The notes under the pieces: model-generated
Databases searched by the model: none
Told to the model about the DNA's origin: nothing
Seen by the model: only the letters and a program-made list of their open reading frames with translations
IMG/VR virus record: IMGVR_UViG_3300038675_000028
Location: 1 to 36,801 of that record
DNA: 36,801 nt
Reading direction: 5' to 3' (one strand)
Origin: a virus
Taxonomy: Duplodnaviria > Caudoviricetes
Program-made: the position numbers and the translations under genes
Shown here: positions 32,611 to 36,801 of the stretch, in pieces
Position numbering within the stretch: position 1 is the stretch's first letter
Layout of the letters: every line of letters starts with the position of its first letter

Positions 32611-32672
32611 AGCTAACTCTCCTTTTTATCCTGACGCCACTGTTTCAGACGCCAATTATTTTTGAAAGAACA

Positions 32673-32696
32673 ATAGGGGAGGTTACCCTCCCCTAT
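32673..32696 (-). terminator. Hairpin/terminator after the major capsid gene
   Basis: 10-bp stem ATAGGGGAGG/CCTCCCCTAT with GUAA loop on the - strand, followed by TGTTCTTT. Confidence 0.72.
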
Positions 32697-32707
32697 CAAG
32701 TAGTTGC

Positions 32708-33763
32708 TTACTCAGCAAACCCGTAGGGGTTGTAGCTGGTGTCGTCCAGACCCTCGTTCTGGTAGATACCCCAGTTGTAGTGGGTCAGGATAGCCGCGCC
32801 CATCTTCCGGTAGCAGTGAATCTCCATGGAGTTGTCGCGGTTGGTGAAGTCATGGATTTGGGTTGGGCCTTCCAGACCGACCTTCACGACCTTCTCCTTG
32901 CCGGTAGGCAGGACGTAGGCATACTGCGGGTTAATCCAAGTCGTGGTGTTGGACTCGTCAGTGTAAGACTGAGGAATCTCCACAACAGGAGTGCCGCGGA
33001 ACATCTTGATGTAGCCAGTGCGGTGAATGGCATCGATGTCATCGGGATGGTACACACCCTGCGCCAAGCCGACGATAGACGGAACGATGGCGTCGGGACC
33101 CATGGCGCCAATGAACTCAGGTGTCGCAAAGATAGCAGCATTGCCGCCGTAGGCGCGCACAGTGCTGACCAGCTTGAACATCTTATCGCCGTCGAACACA
33201 TTCTCAATCACCAGGTTAGCAGCGGGACGACCCACGGCATCCTTAGCAGCAATCAGAGCGCGCTGGACTTCACCAAACACGGCGTCGGTCAGACCCTCGG
33301 TCAGAATGTCCATCAGGTCGGCCATGTTCTCAGAACCATCGAGGAAACGCTCGAAGTCGATGGTGGCAGCGCCGCCAACGGCCTTCATGCTCAGCTCGAA
33401 GGTCTCGGTGTCCAGACGGAAGGTCTCGTACACACCGCTCAGACCCACCTGGGTCAGGAACTTCTTGGCGCGGTTCTTACCAATGACGCCGCGCTTGAAC
33501 ATGATGCGGTCGCCCTGGGGAACAGTCACTACCTCAGCGAACAGGCCCAGAGCATCCTTGACCTGGTTGGGGACGATTTCGTCAGCAGTCTTGATGATGA
33601 TATCATAGATATCATAACGATTCCGCATGAACTCATTGACGGAACCGGCGATGTCGTTCATGGCATCGCGCAGAGCAGCATTCACGCTCTCAACACTGAA
33701 AGTGGAAGGAGCAGTACGCTTAGCTGCGTGGAGAGCCAACTCTCTCATTTCAGCAAGAGTCAT
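32708..33763 (-). CDS. Major capsid protein
   Basis: 351 aa, AAGGAGGT RBS, extreme codon bias; GYIKMFRGTPVVEIP (HK97-fold G.pV motif); follows scaffold and decoration genes and is followed by a terminator. Confidence 0.88.
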   Translation of the reverse strand: MTLAEMRELALHAAKRTAPSTFSVESVNAALRDAMNDIAGSVNEFMRNRYDIYDIIIKTADEIVPNQVKDALGLFAEVVTVPQGDRIMFKRGVIGKNRAKKFLTQVGLSGVYETFRLDTETFELSMKAVGGAATIDFERFLDGSENMADLMDILTEGLTDAVFGEVQRALIAAKDAVGRPAANLVIENVFDGDKMFKLVSTVRAYGGNAAIFATPEFIGAMGPDAIVPSIVGLAQGVYHPDDIDAIHRTGYIKMFRGTPVVEIPQSYTDESNTTTWINPQYAYVLPTGKEKVVKVGLEGPTQIHDFTNRDNSMEIHCYRKMGAAILTHYNWGIYQNEGLDDTSYNPYGFAE

Positions 33764-33787
33764 AATTCAATTACCTCCTTCGTTTTA

Positions 33788-34345
33788 TTACAGCGCCTGG
33801 AACTGGATGGCGTATTGACCGTCAGGCATGGTGAACGGGCGCCGGACAATCAGCTTCACGCCCTCGGTGGGCTTAGTAGCAGTGACCAGGATGGCGCCAT
33901 TCTCGCTTTGGGTGCCGTAAATCAGGGCGGCGCCGTCTTCCGCGACACCAGCGATGGCCTCTTTCAGGGCGTCGTCGTCGGCGTACTCAGAAGTGTCATA
34001 GCAGATGGTGTTGCTGGTGAACTTGTCGCCGCGGGACAGATAGCCCAGGCGGGGCAGGAACTCGTCCAGACCCAGCTTGAAGTTCTTCAGACCCTGGGCG
34101 CGCTCGTCATACAGGTGCTCGGCGCTGTAGTGCAGAGCGATGGGGAACTCCTCGCCGCTCACAGGGAACTTCACGATACGATGGATATTGTCAACGGCAA
34201 GCAGCATACCGTTCTCAGCAGGCACAGACGCGAAATCGGTCTCGCTCAGCTTGCACTGGGCTTCGATGCGGCCATCCCGGCGGAAAGCGACGTTATTCAG
34301 CTCGACCTGACCATAGCCGTCGATAGTCAAACGTTGAATTGCCAT
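33788..34345 (-). CDS. Putative capsid decoration/cement protein
   Basis: 185 aa between scaffold and major capsid gene, ENGMLL..TMPDGQ, same high codon bias. Confidence 0.65.
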   Translation of the reverse strand: MAIQRLTIDGYGQVELNNVAFRRDGRIEAQCKLSETDFASVPAENGMLLAVDNIHRIVKFPVSGEEFPIALHYSAEHLYDERAQGLKNFKLGLDEFLPRLGYLSRGDKFTSNTICYDTSEYADDDALKEAIAGVAEDGAALIYGTQSENGAILVTATKPTEGVKLIVRRPFTMPDGQYAIQFQAL

Positions 34346-34366
34346 TTTTTCATTCCTCCAGAAAAA

Positions 34367-35176
34367 TTACTTTTGGTACTTCGCCAGAATGGCTTCGATA
34401 CCACCCTGTGGGTTATCCTTGGGGATGCGCCCAGCAGGTGCCTGACCCTTCGTAAAGACGGAGGGGTTGGTCTTCTTCAGTTCGTAGGCCAGTTCCTTAT
34501 CGAGGTCTTCGACGCTGTAATCAGCGGCTTTCTCACGATAACTTGTCAGAACTTCCTCGCTCAGCATAGAAGCATAAGAATCAATCACCGCGTTGCGCTC
34601 GGCGCTTTCGGTGGTTTCTTTGAAGGAAGCCAGCGCAGCGTTTTCCTCTTTCAGAGTATTCAGCGCGGTATTAGCCTCTTCCAGCTTTGTCTGAGCCTCA
34701 GTCACCAGTGTGTTGGCCTTTTCGTAGTTGGCGTTCGCTTCGTCCCGCTCTGTGGTCAGAGTGGTAATCTGCGTATTCAGCTCGCCAATCTTCGTATCGT
34801 ACTCAGTCTTAGCCTGGTCAGCCGCTTCTGTGGCCGCCTTGTTGGCGCTAAAGACCTCGTCGATTTTTTCGTAGTTGCCACCGTTCAGACCCTGGATAGC
34901 AGACAGAGCCGCCATTTCAGTCTCGGTCACATCAACGATGAAGCACTTCTTCTTCTTGTTGATGGTAACGGTGTTGTTGGTGTCGTCCTTGGTGTAATAC
35001 ACCCGCTCAAAGCACCCTTCGCCGTAATTGCGAACCACAGCATACTCGTCGAACACATCGCAGATGCCGTATTCGACGGACCAGCCGCCGGCCTCGTTGT
35101 AGTTGGGGTTCAGCAATTCGAACAGCATATCAAACTTAGAGCTGTCGCTCAGTTTGAAGTTCATAAACTTGGGCAT
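34367..35176 (-). CDS. Scaffold protein from an internal in-frame start (269 aa)
   Basis: AAGGAGGAG RBS before in-frame ATG 35176 (MPKFMNF); codon bias increases downstream of it. Confidence 0.75.
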   Translation of the reverse strand: MPKFMNFKLSDSSKFDMLFELLNPNYNEAGGWSVEYGICDVFDEYAVVRNYGEGCFERVYYTKDDTNNTVTINKKKKCFIVDVTETEMAALSAIQGLNGGNYEKIDEVFSANKAATEAADQAKTEYDTKIGELNTQITTLTTERDEANANYEKANTLVTEAQTKLEEANTALNTLKEENAALASFKETTESAERNAVIDSYASMLSEEVLTSYREKAADYSVEDLDKELAYELKKTNPSVFTKGQAPAGRIPKDNPQGGIEAILAKYQK

Positions 35177-35806
35177 TTCTGCTCCTCCTTGCCGACTATT
35201 TTGAGTTTCCAGATTGTACTTCTCAATCTTCTTAAGCATTTCCGCAATATCGGAATACAAGGTGAAGAACGCGGCGCCTTCAAAGCATGGCTCAACTTCT
35301 TCACCAAGCGCCTGCAAACCGATAAAACATCCTTCCGTAAACACGAAGTACCGTTGTCCATTTATCATCTGCCAAGAACCCTGAATGGATTTCTCATAGA
35401 TTTCCATGGACTGAGGTCTGCCGACGATATCTTCGGCTTCACCGTAAAGCGCGGTAAACAGCAAAACGTCCACACACGCATAAGTACGGGTCACGCCATC
35501 GTCATCCAAATGTTCCTCCCAAGCAAAGTTGGGATTTTCGGGAACCACACCATAAATGCGCCCCAAAGAACGGCTCATTCCATGGTCACTATAGTCCTCG
35601 CCATCATAGATACCCTTGACTGGCGCGTAGGGAAGTGATGCAATCAATTTCTCAGCGAACTCATCCGTAATATAAGTGCCGTTTCTATTAGCATACTTAT
35701 AAAAAATGCGTACCCTTGCTTTAGAAAGAACTTCGTTGTACTTTTCCAAATTCCCATAAACGGTCACAGGAAACTCCGTAGAGAACTCGCACTTCACCTT
35801 TGGCAT
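34367..35806 (-). CDS. Prohead protease-scaffold fusion
   Basis: N-terminal NRNGT, PVKG, DHG (His), QSME (Ser), PCFEGA protease motifs; C-terminal acidic coiled coil; TAATG coupling to portal. Confidence 0.85.
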   Translation of the reverse strand: MPKVKCEFSTEFPVTVYGNLEKYNEVLSKARVRIFYKYANRNGTYITDEFAEKLIASLPYAPVKGIYDGEDYSDHGMSRSLGRIYGVVPENPNFAWEEHLDDDGVTRTYACVDVLLFTALYGEAEDIVGRPQSMEIYEKSIQGSWQMINGQRYFVFTEGCFIGLQALGEEVEPCFEGAAFFTLYSDIAEMLKKIEKYNLETQNSRQGGAEMPKFMNFKLSDSSKFDMLFELLNPNYNEAGGWSVEYGICDVFDEYAVVRNYGEGCFERVYYTKDDTNNTVTINKKKKCFIVDVTETEMAALSAIQGLNGGNYEKIDEVFSANKAATEAADQAKTEYDTKIGELNTQITTLTTERDEANANYEKANTLVTEAQTKLEEANTALNTLKEENAALASFKETTESAERNAVIDSYASMLSEEVLTSYREKAADYSVEDLDKELAYELKKTNPSVFTKGQAPAGRIPKDNPQGGIEAILAKYQK

Positions 35807-36801
35807 TAGGAGTCACCTTCCTGTGTTGTTGTTGTGGTAGTTTTGGTTACTGTCTGGTTGTCGATGGAGGTCTCGTTTTTGAGGGTTTTGTCGGATTTGT
35901 CTTCGTCCGCCAGCTTCGGGCGCCCCACCGGATTGCCTGTTCCGTTGGCGCCATTCTGTGTGTAGGCAGAAGACAATGGCCTTAGCTTGTCGCTCAAATC
36001 TAACACCTCATTTTCCAAATCCTTAAGATTCGGCAAGTCCTTCTGCGACAATCCCATTGCGACAGCCGGCATTAGCCAGCTATAACCAGAGTTGGCGAGT
36101 TTGTAGGCCAACTCAACGTAGTCCTTTTCGTTGTGGTAAGAGACGGGAAGAATTTGGTACTTGAAAGAGATATTGCCGTTTGCGTACACGTTGTTCACGG
36201 CATAACTGACGAAGTTGGAAAACTTGTTTGCGAGATACATCATCATCGCAATATCGTTTCGGATAGAAGTAGGAAGCGTAGAACTGCCTGTTGCCGCGAA
36301 GATTTCACTACTTGTGCCTGCCTGAGCATAAATATTTTTCATCATTCGCTCAAGGGTATTGTTTGAGGCATCCGACGCTGTCTTCGACACTATTGCATCG
36401 ACATCAGCATATGTCGTCAACACACTAACATTTTTATTACCCTTCAACATACCTACTGTACCAGTGTTCGAATAGCAGACGACCATCGGTTAAGTGGGGT
36501 ATTTTCTGAACGATAATCTTCCGAATTTCTTCAGCATCTCTTTCCTGTTCTGTTTCAACGGCTTTATCGTACTCGATAGTAGCAGGAATTACGTTGAGAA
36601 ACAGCGGGCGCCCATCGAACAAACTGAAACAGACGCCAACCTCGCCGGGGATAATGACCCACTTACTGGTGCGCTTACCCTTTTGCCAACGGCGGTAAGC
36701 CCGCACGACGACAGGAGGATACAGACTGAGGACTTCTTCACGAACTTCTTCGTCAAAGATTGTGTTAAAGTACGTAATGTCGAATTCAATCACATCGTTG
36801 C
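35806..36801 (-). CDS. Portal protein, 5'-partial, with a reading-frame break at ~36466
   Basis: Two overlapping ORFs (36437..36793, open to the window end, and 35806..36486) read as consecutive parts of one protein (IIVQKIP..LLFE | TGTVGML..VLTTYADVD..SSAYTQ..GRP); position upstream of the protease. Confidence 0.78.

Noticed and set aside
32780-35638. 952-aa ORF on the + strand opposite the capsid/scaffold genes
   Set aside because: Antisense shadow of strongly codon-biased genes; no RBS, and the translation is not protein-like.
35822-35850. ACA-rich run encoding TKTTTTTTQ at the portal C-terminus
   Set aside because: Short imperfect in-frame low-complexity tail; not a convincing contingency repeat.
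1-36801. tRNA genes, CRISPR arrays, IS elements, integrase/att sites
   Set aside because: Intergenic gaps are at most ~100 bp and explained by RBSs, promoters and hairpins; no cloverleaf, repeat-spacer array or transposase recognised.

Overview
Part of the genome of a large tailed phage (siphovirus-type morphogenesis genes; strong AGGAGG ribosome-binding sites and sigmaA-type promoters suggest an anaerobic Bacillota/Clostridia host). Two modules converge on a bidirectional terminator at ~12.2 kb. The + strand (1-12.2 kb) carries replication and nucleotide metabolism: DnaE-type polymerase (5'-truncated), a degenerate radical-SAM-like protein, a glutaredoxin/NrdH, class III ribonucleotide reductase nrdD interrupted by a group IA2-like intron (5500-6644) encoding a GIY-YIG endonuclease, an NrdG activase fused to a ferredoxin:thioredoxin-reductase (FTR) catalytic domain, ThyX-like protein, an extended dUTPase and a RuvC-like resolvase. 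The - strand (12.2-36.8 kb) carries morphogenesis: portal (frame-broken near 36466), protease/scaffold with an internal start, decoration protein, major capsid, head-tail connectors, tail tube with a -1 frameshift extension, a tail-tube paralogue, a ~2950-aa tape measure, Dit and a large tail-tip protein. The most notable candidate system is a self-contained ferredoxin -> FTR domain (on NrdG) -> redoxin -> Cys-Cys-type NrdD electron chain. All calls come from reading motifs by eye; no searches were run.
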